Assembly: GCF_018977255.1 (NCBI RefSeq)
Contig: NW_024704743.1
Coordinates: 106,766,001 to 106,830,000, forward strand
Length of the DNA stretch: 64,000 nucleotides
From: Callorhinchus milii
Taxonomy: Eukaryota
Direction: 5' to 3'
Shown here: positions 12,620 to 25,277 of the stretch, one piece after another
Position numbering within the stretch: the stretch's first letter is position 1
How the letters are laid out: each line of letters begins with the position of its first letter
The notes under the pieces: generated by a model
The model's database searches: none
Told to the model about the DNA's origin: nothing
What the model saw: the letters and a program-made list of their open reading frames with translations, nothing else
Made by a program: the position numbers and the translations under genes

Positions 12620-13500
12620 GCAATATGCTAGAGTAATGGAGGGAGACCTGTTTGTACAGAATTTGCATGATGTGGGAGATTCTGGCCTCTTCAAGTGCCT
12701 GGGACAGTTACACATGATCGAAGTGTACCCAACTGCGCTCAAGTTCAAAGTTGCTGAGCTTGAGGAGCAGATGTGGAGTCCTGTAGCTCAGTGATTAGAG
12801 CACTCGCCTTGCAAGCGAGAAACCTGGATTCAATTACAAGTAGGGCGAAACCTTGGGCAAGTTTCCTTACTCCATACACCTGATAATAATCCCTCCAAAA
12901 CAAACCAATAATAAAATTGGTTATTTAAATCCACGACTGTTTGTGGGACACTGCTGTGCGCAATTTGCTGCTGCATTTCGCCCACAAATATACAATCAAT
13001 TCACTTTACAGCATATTCTGTGAAATGCTTTGAGACGTCTAGAAGATCAAGTGCAAGAATCCACTGGGTGTGTTGTCCTGGCAAACAGGTACTTGTGATG
13101 AGGACAACACCTTAGCAGAAGACAACTATGGGCAATGTCATAGCACCATGGAGCAAGTGACTGCCAAGAGAGGGGAGTCAAAGTCAGGAATGCAATGAGG
13201 ATAGGAGACTCCATAATCAGGGAAATAGACAAGTGCAGTTTCTGGAGTACCAGGAAAAGGGACGTAACAGCCAGTAGCCACTTCTTCATGGCTTAGTTTT
13301 AGGTTTCAGGTCAGGTCCTGCAGAGAGAGTTCCTGGAAGTAGATAGATTGAGACACAGGACCGCAAGGGTTGTAATCTCATGCCACGTGCTCGTCAGTAT
13401 GTTAACAGAAAGATGTGGCAGGAAAATGCATGACTGGAGAGATGGTATAGGAGGGAAGGGTTTAGATTCTTAGAACATTAGAAGATTGTCCTGCAGCAGA
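12620..13500 (+). mobile_element. Decayed CR1 ORF1 fragment (Zn-finger and esterase), split by a SINE
   Basis: C..CMMWE..., KVAELEEQ coiled-coil, IGDSIIREID esterase motif near 13200. Confidence 0.7.
12773..13046 (+). mobile_element. tRNA-Ala SINE, short form, 3'-truncated
   Basis: gtggagtcctgtagctcagtg head; ends in the tail loop gagacgtctagaaga. Confidence 0.95.
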
Positions 13501-13759
13501 GGATTTAAGCTAATATTGCAAAGGGTGGGGGAGAAACATGACATGATACAGAGGGGTAGTGGTGAGTAGGGGCATGCAGAAACAAAATAACCTTGATTCA
13601 TGTGGATTAGAAACACCGGCACAGGCTGGTTAAGCCAAATGACCTATTTCCATGATGTACTTTCCTTGTACACCTTTGTAATACTAGCCATTCCTACGGC
13701 CTGTTTAAGCAAAATTGCCAATTTATTGGAAAAAGTGTGAACAACTTCTCTCTCCTTAA

Positions 13760-14135
13760 ATAATCCTTACATTTGTTATAGTGCCTATCACTTCAGGAGG
13801 ATGCCTCAAAGAGCTTCACAGGATGCACTGTAAACTGGAGTGACTGTGTATTTTGCAAACAGCAATGTCCCCCGAATGGCCATGACCAGTTTTTTTTCCA
13901 GGGATTGTTGGTCAGGACGCAAGGAGAAACTCCTTTTTTCGAGTAGTGCCTTGGTATCTTTAACCTCCACCTGAACTTCAGTTCATTGTTTTATCTGAAG
14001 GACAGTATCTCTAACAGTACAGCAAATCCCTAGCACTGCATTGGAGTGTCAGCATGGACTATATATAATTTCCAATTCCCAAAGTCAGGCTTTAACCCAC
14101 AACCAGAGGTGAGAGTGCTACTAACTGAACCATAC
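13760..14135 (-). mobile_element. Old Deu-domain (SacSINE1-like) SINE
   Basis: Minus strand has gctgacactccaatgcagtgctaggga...gtccttcagataaaac...caggtggaggttaaagataccaaggcactac, the Deu-domain pattern. Confidence 0.8.
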
Positions 14136-15641
14136 GCACCTTTCTGATCTCATGAAGGCTTACAGAACTGAACTTGTTTTTATAAAAAAAATGATTGAGA
14201 TATGACTCCTTTTTCCTTCCACTATATTAGGGTTTAGTTCCATGGATACCAGTGTCATCCGGTACATTGCCCAAGTTGCAAATTTTTATGGGTGAGTCAT
14301 GATGGGTGAGGGTGTCTGTTGATTAGGCAATTTATCTTCAGGGTTTTCACAGCTAAATCTGATCGTATTGTTATAACTGATTCAATGTAATAATTAAATT
14401 GTATTTCATGGCAAGTCTAGTGATAATAATACCATTCAATTGAAATATCACATATTTTACTCCTGTATTCTTAATTTAGATCTTGGATTTGGAGTTTTCT
14501 CTTTGATTGCAACAAATTTGTAACTAATTGTATTGCAAGTACAGCTGGATAGACCAGGATACAGAGATGTGATTGCCACTGAGAAGAAATCTTGGGAAGT
14601 CAGGTTGTTGAGGAAACGAGAGGTGCCAGAATTTGGGGAGTGGAGGCGGGAAAAGGAGTCAGATCCTGAGTTGTGTGGGAGAGACCTCAAAACAAGAAAG
14701 GAGCAAAGCCGAGACAAAGCGGAGATATCAAAGGAAGGAAAGGATGTTAGAAAAACATGTAAATTCTTGTAACAGAATTCTTGTATGACTTATTTGTTTG
14801 TTCGTAGGTAGAAAAGTGACACTTGTTAAAGTAGTCAATTTTCCTGTGGACGTCCTTGCTTTGCAAACAAGTTCATGTGAACATTCTGTTTATAGGAGAA
14901 AGACAGCATACTCAAGTTGGGTGATGGGCCAAAAGGCTTTCTTCTGCACCATTGTTTTGCAATAATAATATAATATCTTTGCATTTTATATTGACCTTGC
15001 ATTTCATTATCCTTGCATTTCATTGAGCTGTCTCAACGCGCTCACAGGATATTACAGTAAAGTGGTGTACCTGTGATGAAGAAATGTCTTTCAGCCCATC
15101 TTTCTGAAATATCAACCCTGTTGTTTTCCTGCAACGTTATCAAGCTGTGTCTTGAACATGACCAGTGTCTTGGGCTACCATCCTCACCTTTGTTGGTAAC
15201 CTAACCGTTAATTCTAAATCAAGATTGTTGTTGTTGTATTCATTTGGAAGCCTCGACAATTAGTGTTGACTGCTATTTTATCAACATAGCCAAGCTCAAT
15301 CCTGTAATGTCCACACACACACACATGCACAAACATATGCACACATTTTCCACCAGGGTTCTCTGAATGGCAACAAGTAGGAATGGCGATACTGTTATTT
15401 TTTCCCTCCCTAACACAGGGTGCTATTGTTCTCTACATAGTACAGTATATCCTTTGAGGTGCTTTGAGACATCTTGGCAATGTGATAAGGTGCTGTATCA
15501 AATATAAGAATTATGAGACAACTTGTGGCAGCCAAACGATTGCCTTGGCTAAGATCAGATAACTCAGCAGAGTGAGATGCAAATTTGCAGTCTCTCCGAT
15601 ACATATGGCCTAATGTTGATAAGGTGGTGTAAATACACACC

Positions 15642-15660
15642 AGGCCAGCAGGGAGCACCA
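15642..15660 (+). promoter_or_regulatory. Candidate CTCF motif
   Basis: aggccagcagggagcacca is a close match to the CTCF core CCASYAGRKGGCRS, with one core mismatch. Confidence 0.35.
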
Positions 15661-16070
15661 CCAGTTGGTAATTCTGATTTAATATACAACCCAAGTAAAA
15701 CAAATTCACATTAATGTTTGGCAATTTTAATCTGAATGAAATCTGATCTTTTGACATGGGGAGGGGGTGACATTTCCCTTGCCATTGAGTCTGTCAATCC
15801 GTCTCAGCAAAAGAAGGAGGAATTTCTTGGGAAGTCGGTCCTTATCAGAATGTCCTGGAGAGCTTCATTCTCAGAACTACCCGAAGAAAAACAAATGATC
15901 AAATTGTTGGTTCCAACAGGAAGGGTACTGTGTGATATTCAAAGTGCATGGAGAAAGATTAAATAAATCTACAGTGTATACTTAGGATAACCCAAATTTA
16001 ACAGCTTTATCCAGTTATACACAGTCATTAAAATTAAACATGGTTGATTGCAATTTAATGGATGTGCTAT

Positions 16071-16386
16071 GAATAATAATAATAATCCTTGCATTTGATA
16101 TAGTGCTTTTCACGTCGGGAGGACGTCCCAAAGCGCTTCACAGAACACACTGTAAAGTGAATTGACTGTATATTTGTGGGCGAACGCGGCAGCCAATTGC
16201 GCACAGCAATGTCCCACAAACAGTCATGGATTGAAAATGACCAATTTATTATTGTTTTGTTCTTTTTGGAGGGATTATTATTAGGCATGTGGAGTAAGGA
16301 AACTTGACCAAGGTTTCGCCCTGCCTGGAATTGAACTCAGGTCTCTCGCTTGCAAAGCGAGTGCTCTAATCACTGAGCTACAGGAT
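16071..16386 (-). mobile_element. Young tRNA-Ala SINE, short form, ctcccgac-loop subfamily
   Basis: Nearly identical to 27846-28159 and 47053-47383. Confidence 0.95.
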
Positions 16387-17472
16387 GAACCACTATGTAG
16401 GCAATGTAAGCCCAGTAAACAATGCAAAACATTGGTTATTGAAGCCGAAATGCATTTTGCCATGTGCAAAATTGCTATTCTCTGCATAGTATATCCTGTA
16501 AGGTGCTTTGACACGTCTTGGCAATGTGATAAGGCGCTGTATCAAATGCAAGAATCATTATTACTTTGCATGCAACTTTCCCTATGTGTATTTCTGCAGG
16601 TGCATTTTGTGTATCGTGAAGGGGATTAAGGATGAAGGGAACGGATCTTCATGGCACATCCATCCGCTTTGCAAACCTCAAATAAAAACATAAAATGCTT
16701 GAAAATCACAGAAGATCATAGCAAAGTGAAATATACTTTAATGTTTTGGTGATGGTCCTTTGTTAGAGCTTCTAAAAATCCCTAAGATATCAGGGAGGTT
16801 TGCCTTACTTATGAGAAAAGGGCAGCATGATTCAGGTCTTACAAACAATGATAGCTGTAGGTAAAGAAAATGTAAGCAGGCTATTTTAACTTTCAGAGGA
16901 GATCTAAGTCATGGGTTTAAAATTAAAAAGCCTCAAGCAAAGCTAGAGATTGGATCATATTTTTTTCCCATAGAGATGTGCATATGTGGAACCAAAGGAT
17001 TAACTGCTTACAAAAAACAAGGTGAGCATCTGCTTAATACCAAGTTTGGAGGATTATAGTTGCAGACTGAGATGTACCACATGGTTTGTAAATATTTACT
17101 GTGTCATTGAGGCCAGGTCAGGTCAGGAAGGGGAAAGGAAGTGAGGAAAGAGAAGGAAAATTGTCTTCTGTGGAGGAGAGGAGGCCAGGTTTGAACAGTG
17201 GACATACCTTTGAGGATCAAAAAAGATCTGGGCTCTTCAAAGGGTGAGAGAAAATGAATGGAAGGAAGTCCATGATTAGGTATGATTTTATGGCCAGTGG
17301 AATGGCCAGGCATAAAGAGACGAATGGCTTTTTCTCATTCCAAGTGTTCTTTTCTCTTTTTTTTCCCTCGGCCTTTCTCTCCTGAAGTTGTTTGATAATT
17401 TTTTCCACCTACTGGGATAGCGTTATAATAATAATAATACAAAATACAATACAAAATTAATTATTGTGCTGA

Positions 17473-17722
17473 ATAATAATCCTTGCATTTGATATAGCGC
17501 CTTATCGCATCTTTGAGACATCCCAAAGCACTTCACAGAATATACTGTTAAGTGAATTGACTGTATATTTTGTGGGTGAAACGCGGCAGCCAATTACACA
17601 CAGCAGTGTGCCACAAACAGTTGTGGATTGAGTCACCAATTTATAAATTTTTTTAAAGGAATTATTAACCGTAGAAAAGTGATCTGCCCAGATTCCTACT
17701 TACTGCTAGTTAAACAGAGGCT
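17473..17722 (-). mobile_element. tRNA-Ala SINE long form, 5'-truncated
   Basis: Tail, body and gcctctgtttaactagcagtaa CORE-like half on the minus strand. Confidence 0.85.
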
Positions 17723-19654
17723 TTACCGAGAAACATGACGGAGAGTGTTGGCAGGTGAATCGACCGGGTTGGGGGGGAGGGCGGATAAAAGTGGTACGGG
17801 GAGTGGTGGCATTAAAAGCCTGAAGTCCTCTCCCAGTGGGAGAGTCATCCCATACATGTCATCCCTTCAAGCGGAAATCACTTGATGGTGATCATCTTAC
17901 TTTTCCCTCCTGAGTCCAGGGTGCTGAGGCTAATTATAGTGTTGCAACTGCCACAACAGCTGATATCAAATAACACAGCTCATATCACTCTTTCCTTCAT
18001 TCTTAATACAGCCAGGATACTAGGGATAAAAACAGGTTTGCGAGAAACATGTAGAATTTCTCTCGCTCTCCCCCTGGCTGTTATCAGACTCCGCCATTGT
18101 GAAGCTCTCTGGGATCCTACCCCACGTGAAGGATGCTATATGAATGCAAGTTCCTGTTGTTGTTATTGTAGTGGCCATTCGATAGCAAGTGAGCACCAGC
18201 GAGACACCCTTTCTGCCACAAAAAGAAGGAAGCAAAACAGGCACATGAGAGCAATAGAGCAGAAATGCACATTCAGCAAAAAAGAAAGTATGGGAATTTG
18301 AAGCATAATTTAAAGAATAATCCCTCAAAAATGTCTGTTAGAGTGATAGATAAGCAAAACTAAATTACAAAGAAGGGAGATTTAGACAAATGTAATTTCC
18401 TACCATCATTCTCACGCAGTTTACCAGTTGATCACAGATGTGTCCTCATTAGATCATTACAGCATATGAAGTTGCTTTGGTTCCCAGAGACGGGAATTTG
18501 TATAGAATTAAACAGGATAGAATTACAGCTGCTAAAGAGCTTGCAAAGAGGCAAGAAGCACAGAATTTATAAACATTGATCCTTGCCTTGCTATAATTTT
18601 AATTTTTTTAAAATTAAAGAAGCCAGACTGCAGGGTATCACAATCTGTTCTCATCTGCTGTCCACTGTCCAGCATGAATCACCATTAAACATTCAGGAAT
18701 TCAGGATTGGGAGTGATTTAAGAAGCCCATTATGATACAATAAATGGAAACCATTGAAACAGTATTTTCCCCTCATCTACAAGCACTGAGGTTGACTGTG
18801 GATCCCTAACTGATGTTCTGACTGATACTAGCAACTGTACTAGTGACCTTGGGCACAACTATTGATCTGAAGTTGGAAAGGATGTTCATATCCATGCACC
18901 AGTCGATAATTATCAACTGGCTTTGCCTGTAATTTGCAACAATATGATAATCATCACCTCACATTTCATAATTTTCACCTCAGAAATAGTGAGAACAAGC
19001 CCATTTCTGAACAATCTGTTTCTCTCTGTTGAACTCCATTAATTTCTTTAAGTATTGCTCCAATTTTGCCTATGTTATTGCCTTTCATCTTGTCCAAAAT
19101 AAACTGCACAAGAGAGACCTTGTTTACATAGACTGAGCTTGAAATAACATTCCTAAAGCAGGTAAGTGATAAAGGGTAAACGTGGCTGTGGATCTGAAAT
19201 TGAGATTTTTTGTTATTATGGAGAAGATAAAGCATATTGGGTGTAGCTTGTTACACCTGCACAATATGGATGTAACATTTGGTATAGAATCTACTGAAAT
19301 TAAATTTGAAGTTAAAACCATTTTACCTTTCACAAACTGATAGTGGGTTCAATTTACTACAAGGAGATCAAATTAGCGCAAACAGTATGAATGTCTCCCC
19401 TCTTTGATCACTTTATTTGTCAAAAGTCAGGTCCATAAAGACTTTCAGGAAGATGTGGGGGAATGTTTCCACTTGGGATAATAATTAGGATTGTGGCCAC
19501 AGGCTGATAATTTATCTCCCTTGTTCAGTGAGTCTGAGGTTAACTGTAGAACTTGCATCCAGAAAACATTAGCTAATTCAGCACAGGCCATAGGTATTGA
19601 ACCTAGAACTGAGCATCACACTATGGGAGAAATCATCACCTCACATATAATATG

Positions 19655-19975
19655 CAATCACCCCATGATGCATTACATCTCAGTATACCAACTCCTGTGC
19701 CTGCCCGCTCTACTCAGCTAAACAGCCCCCCATCACACCACCATTGGTGGCCAAGGCTTCGGTCATTATGCCCTCAAACTTTGCAACTCGATACCTCAAC
19801 CCCCTGCCTCGCTCTTCCACCCCAATCTATCTCCAGATCCCACTTTAAAACCTAGCACTCTGATCATGTGTATGGTTAACCCCTCACCCCCTTTCCCCCT
19901 AGCTCAGCATCCAACTCCATCACTGTTAAGTGCTCTGAGACATTATCCTACATGAATGCAAGTCATTGTTGTTGT
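19655..19975 (+). mobile_element. L2 3' fragment
   Basis: Pyrimidine-rich L2 ORF end; tail aagtgctctgagacattatcctacatg...(ttg)n. Confidence 0.75.
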
Positions 19976-20994
19976 CATTGGAATCTGACCTTGAATAGCC
20001 TTTTTAATTAAACTACGAGTCCCAGGTTAGGAACCAAGGTCCATGGCACTGATAGCACTAAGTTAGTGAGAGGATGAAACGTCAAACAGAGAGTGAGAGA
20101 ACTGGATACCGTGGCTCAAACATAGTGCCACTAAATTCTGATCTTGAAATTGTAGGAGGAAGGGTACACTGATCATAATAATGAGTTTGACAGACAATGA
20201 AGTGCTGGAAGATAATGAGCTTGAGTCAGAGCTAATGTGTTAATGCTGTTTTTAGTTTATTCGTGTTCAAAGTGCTATTTTAAACTTGGATGGTAAGAAT
20301 TATCCACAGTCTGAAATGGGAGCCCAGCATAGTATCTGTGTGTATGATGTGTTCTGTGACTGTGACAAAATCATTTGCATTGTCACAGATAAGAGGGCAA
20401 GTGTGATAAGATTGATTTTAAGTTAAATCCATTTTAGGGCCCTTTGTCTGCCTGGGGAACTTGATCCCAGGAACATGCCACATTAATAATAGTAAAAATA
20501 ATAATAATATTCTTTGAATTTTTGATGGAGCGCTTTTCATTATTCCTGGATCAATCATCGAAATTCTTCCCACATCCTCTGGACAACCAGATAGGTCCCT
20601 TTATATCGCTTATAAGATACTCATTAGAGTTTATCTATGTTCCTGCCTGCCTCAATGTTAAAATCAATATGATCTGATAGAGCTTTTCTTCAAGTCTTCC
20701 CTGCAGCTGTTTAATAAAACGCCATCAAAACAAGAATGCTGCTATAAATCGCAGAAAAAAGTATTCATTAAAATGACACATTGCATTTCCCGGCACACGT
20801 GAGCAATAACACATGTGAGACTTTCTCATCACTCACTTGCTGGCTTTTTGCATTCCTGTTACATTTTTTTTTGACTTTTCAGAAATATTACCACACTAAC
20901 TATAAATTTCCCCAATACAAATGTCATTATTTAACTGCAGCACCAACACTGGGTAGTTAAAGGAAATTCTAGACCACTCTCCTTCAAACTACAG

Positions 20995-21225
20995 GCCACA
21001 GTGAAGCTCAGTTATACTGATACTGAGATTCAAGCCCTTGTCCATGCCAATTAAGCTTTTCTTAGTTGAAACAATAGTCGAGGTGCTACATTTGACCTCA
21101 TCATTCCTGAACTAGGGTGGGAGAGCAAAAATCACCTATGGTTCCCATTTCCTGATAGTTATCATGTAATCAGTGCTGGAAAGGATGTGTGTTTAGATAT
21201 TGACTCCGACAATTGTTATCCAACA
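20995..21225 (+). mobile_element. Old SINE-like repeat of a third family
   Basis: ggtgctacatttgacctca...ctagggtgggagagcaaaaatc...gctggaaag. Similar decayed pieces at about 15250-15420 (-) and 32170-32370 (+). Confidence 0.5.
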
Positions 21226-21331
21226 TGGTCATTTTGCTGTATAACTTTGGTTAGCAAATCATCAGCGAATCCAACACAGACTAAACAAACTGAGGTAATT
21301 TTATATTACTCAGGAAGGACCTCATCCTCCC

Positions 21332-21835
21332 ATAGGAGACTTGGGTTTGATTCCCGGCAGGGCGAAATGTTGGATTGGATGTTGAAAAAAGTTTCCTTAC
21401 TCCACACGCCTCTGTTTACCTAGCAGTAAATACGAACCTGATTGTTAGGTGATTGGCAAATCGCTTTACCAGGGGTAATAATTCCTCATAAAAAATATGA
21501 AGAAATTGGTCACTCAATCCACGACTGTTTACGGGACACTGCCCTGCGCAAATGGCTGCTGCATTTCACTTACAAAACATACAGTCAATTCAGTTTACTA
21601 ATATTTGTAATATCTTCTCCACAATTTAGAAGGATACACTATACAGTCCTGCTGAGAATATCAATTATTGCTTGTAGACTGCTTCACTTCAACTCCTTCC
21701 ACATTAATAAGTTAGACACATCATCGGATATACATATACAGTCAATTCACTTTACAATATATTCTGTGAAGTGCTTTAAGACATCTCAAAAACGTGATAA
21801 GGTGCCATATCAAATGCAAGGATTGTTATTATTAT
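21332..21835 (+). mobile_element. tRNA-Ala SINE long form with an internal insert of about 125 bp
   Basis: B-box gtttgattcc, full CORE-like segment; body interrupted at about 21607-21730. Confidence 0.85.
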
Positions 21836-22734
21836 TTGCGCCATATCAAATGCCAAATTTATCAGATTTATCACATTTATCAGATTTATCACATCTACCA
21901 AATTTATAGAGAGCCTTAAATGTACTTTTGTTGTTGTTGTTGTTGATTGCTGTGAGCAAATTTGCTGCTGTGTTTGCCTACAAATACGGTCTCTACAGTT
22001 CACAGTAAAATCCTGTGAGGTGCTTTGAAACGTCTGATGATGCGAGAAAGCAGTATATCAAAATCAATGTCTCTCAAACAGCCATGAAGTGAATCATCAT
22101 TTTTACTGTTAGTCAAGACACTGGGAGAAACTCCCTTCTCTTTGCAATGTGTACAATGGGATCTTTGGGATGTCCTCCCGACGTGAAATGCACTATACAA
22201 ATGTAATTTTGTTGTTGTTGTTTAATGTCCACTTGACCTCTTGGCAAGATAGCAGATGATGACTGGTATCCATGAAATCTTATGCTAACATGTGTCAGTA
22301 CTTTGAAGAAAAGAGCACAAAAGAAAATTTGAAGCACTTTCAAAATTGAGCAAAAAGAAGTGAGTCTCGCTTCGTTAGGGAGTTTGCTTTAGAATCAGCT
22401 CCTGGAATGACTGAGCACAAGTTGTGCCCAATTATTGCTGAAGTGCAAGGCTTGGATCTGCTGCTGGTTAGCTTAGGACTAATGTGGAGCAACAGCAGTT
22501 CCAAAAATTTCATATCTGCCACTCGAATACTGAATGAGCTACTTGATCTCTTCCCCATTCTTCTGTGGTCAGGAGTTGAAGTCTCAGAGCTGCCAACGCC
22601 TGTAATTCACTGTCCAGCTGCCAGATACATTGTGATTGCGAGAGAAGGAACAGGAGGAGGCCATTCTGCCCTGTGAGGATTTTCCACCATTATTAGATTT
22701 AAGCAGTGTTTTAAACCCATTTCCGTTCTCTTTA

Positions 22735-23010
22735 GAATCATACAATATTGCAGCACAGAAGGAGGCTATTCGGTCCATTGTGCCAGTTCCGTCTCTTTGG
22801 AAATGCTTCCCAATCAGTCCCACTCCCCCTCTCTTTCCCCATATCCTTGCAAATGTTTCCTTTTCAAGTACCTATCTAATTCACTTTTGAGAGATGTTAT
22901 TCAATCTGTTTTCACCACCCTTTCAGGCAGTGCATTCCAGACCCGTAACGACTCTCTGTGTAAAAAAAAGTCTCCCCTCATCTCCTCTAGTTCTTTTGCC
23001 AATTATGTTA
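22735..23010 (-). mobile_element. CR1 3' fragment
   Basis: Minus strand reads FFTQRVVTGLECTA and the 3' UTR ending ...gtatgattcta. Confidence 0.8.
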
Positions 23011-23484
23011 AAATTATCTTTCTCCACATCCCTTAGTGGCTTTATTTCCCAGCTAGATTGTTTCAGTAACCTAAAGATTTTTGTGTGTTCATTTATTTTT
23101 AGTTAATTTCTTCCCTCTTTATCACTTTCACCCTGCATCAGCCCAATGAGAGAAGATGGACTTGTATGGCCCCAACAACACTATCAGCTGAGGTGACACT
23201 CACACTAATTCCTCACCTCACCCTACCCCACCCCAACCCCACAAGAAAATGCAGCAGGATTCAGATCAAGCAGTCTGAAGCTGTCGTATAAATCCATGTT
23301 TTACCACTTGAACTCCAGTGGTATATCGAATTACAAAATATACAGTCCCAACACTTCACAGTGTATCCTCTGGAAACATATTGAGACATCTTTTCAGTGT
23401 GAAAGGAGCTGTACCAAATGTAAGCACAAAATATAAGGGTTATTAAATATATCTTTCTGCTGAATATTTTCTTTTTTTTGTTCA

Positions 23485-23920
23485 TAACATAACATGTTGG
23501 AGCAGGAGTAGGCCATTCGGCCCTTCGAGCCTGCCCCGCCATTCAATCATGGCTGATCTTCTAATCTAACTCCAGCTAATAACCTAACCCCGCCTTATCC
23601 CCATATCCCTTAATCCCTTTTGCAATAAGAAATCTATCTATCTCAGTCTTGAATATGTTCAAGGACTGAGCGTCAACAGCCCTTTGGGGTAGTGAGTTCA
23701 TTACATTCACCACCCTTTGAGTGAAGAAGTTCTTCCTCAACTCAGTGCGAAAGGGCTGGCCTCTGATTTTAAGGTTGTGACCCCTGGTTTTAGTTTTTCC
23801 GACCAGGGGAAACAATCTCCCACTATCTACTCTATCATGCCCTTTGATGATCTTATAGGTTTCTGTAAGATCCCCTCTAATTCTTCTATATTCTAGAGAA
23901 TATAGGCCCAAATTGGTCAT
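23485..23920 (-). mobile_element. CR1 3' fragment, well preserved
   Basis: LGLYSLEYRRIRGDLTETYKIIKG...TRGHNLK...RKNFFTQRVVNVMNSLPQ...FKTEIDRFL. Confidence 0.95.
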
Positions 23921-24869
23921 ATGTGGAAATCCATCACCATGCTTAAAGGTATCCAAACCAAACTGAGAGATCCATGCATCGAACCTACAGGTGGAAATTC
24001 CCATGCTTTGGAATGCAATGCACACTCTCTCCTCAGTAGGACGCATCCTGTTTACCTAATTCCAGAGAGTCTTGGGAGCAGATTGGGATTGTTGGCCAGG
24101 ACACTGGAGGAAGCTCCCTTCCTTTTTGAATAGTACCATGGGATCTTAACGTCCATCTGAACAGGCAAACTGGACCTCGATTTAATGTCCCAACTGAAGT
24201 ACAGCATTTTCAACAATGTAGCACTCCAACAACAACAACTTAGATTTATATAGCGTCCTCCACGCCGGATGGCGTCTCTAAGGGAGCGTCAGAATTGACT
24301 ATGAGCTCAGAGATATGAAATGTTTGGTAATAATCTGTACAAATCTTGAGGGGATTGACAACAGTACATTGGTCTGAGCTATTGATCTATCAAATGAAGA
24401 TAACAAAGATAAGCAGTATGAGCAATGTGCTATTGTTGCCACATTTTTGATTGGAGACACAGTGATACAGTAAATCAGATGCATCCTGGCCTTTCCTCAA
24501 CCATATGTCTGGTCTAAGTCAGACAACTCACAGACTGGCATCTGGCAAAATAATTCTGGTGTTTTAAACTGAAAGCATTTCATATAAATCCCCACCTCAC
24601 AAAACACTTTTATGTATGTTTGTTTAAAGGAGACTAATTTATTTCAACTTATAATAATGGGGTGAAAACTATGACCTGTGATGTGTTAGATACTAAATTA
24701 ATGATAAATGCAATCAATGATGCCAATCAGTAGCAAGTTGACTATATATAGCCTTCAAATGTAGCATTGCACCTACGGCCTGTGGATCAGAGTGATGCTT
24801 TGGGGGATTTAGCTTAAAATCAGAGTGAGTCCGTAAAGCAACATTTAAATGCTAGCAAGAAGTACAATA

Positions 24870-25277
24870 AAAATAATCCGAGCATTAGATATAACACTTT
24901 TCACATTGAGAGGACATCTCAAAGTGCTTTAGTGAGTAAACTATAAAGTGTAGTCACTGTGTATTTAGTAGACAAATGCAGCAGTGTGCCACAAATAGGC
25001 ATAAAATGAATGATCAAATTTATGTGAGGGAATGTTAGCCAGGGCACTGGGAGAAACTCCCTTCTTTATTTAAATAGTGCTATTGGATTGTTATCAACCT
25101 GGATAGGCCCATCAGATCTCAGTTTAATAGCACATCCAAAGGATGGAACTTCTAATACACTGCAATCTCAGTATTGTGAGTGCCAGTCCAGAGATCATGT
25201 GAATTCAAAGATGTAAGGTTTGAACCCACAGCCTTATGACTCAGAGTCGAGTGAGCTATCTTCTGAACCAGGCTGAA
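24870..25277 (-). mobile_element. Old Deu-domain SINE
   Basis: Decayed head, Deu body and L2-type tail on the minus strand. Confidence 0.75.

Noticed and set aside
14545..14758. Open purine-rich plus-strand segment between ag and gtaaat as a coding exon
   Set aside because: Poor polypyrimidine tract, weak donor and no recognisable protein. The minus strand (DSFSRLHSP) looks more like a decayed Penelope-like ORF.
22340..22676. Opposing 72-aa and 89-aa ORFs in unique sequence
   Set aside because: No recognisable homology or convincing splice sites.
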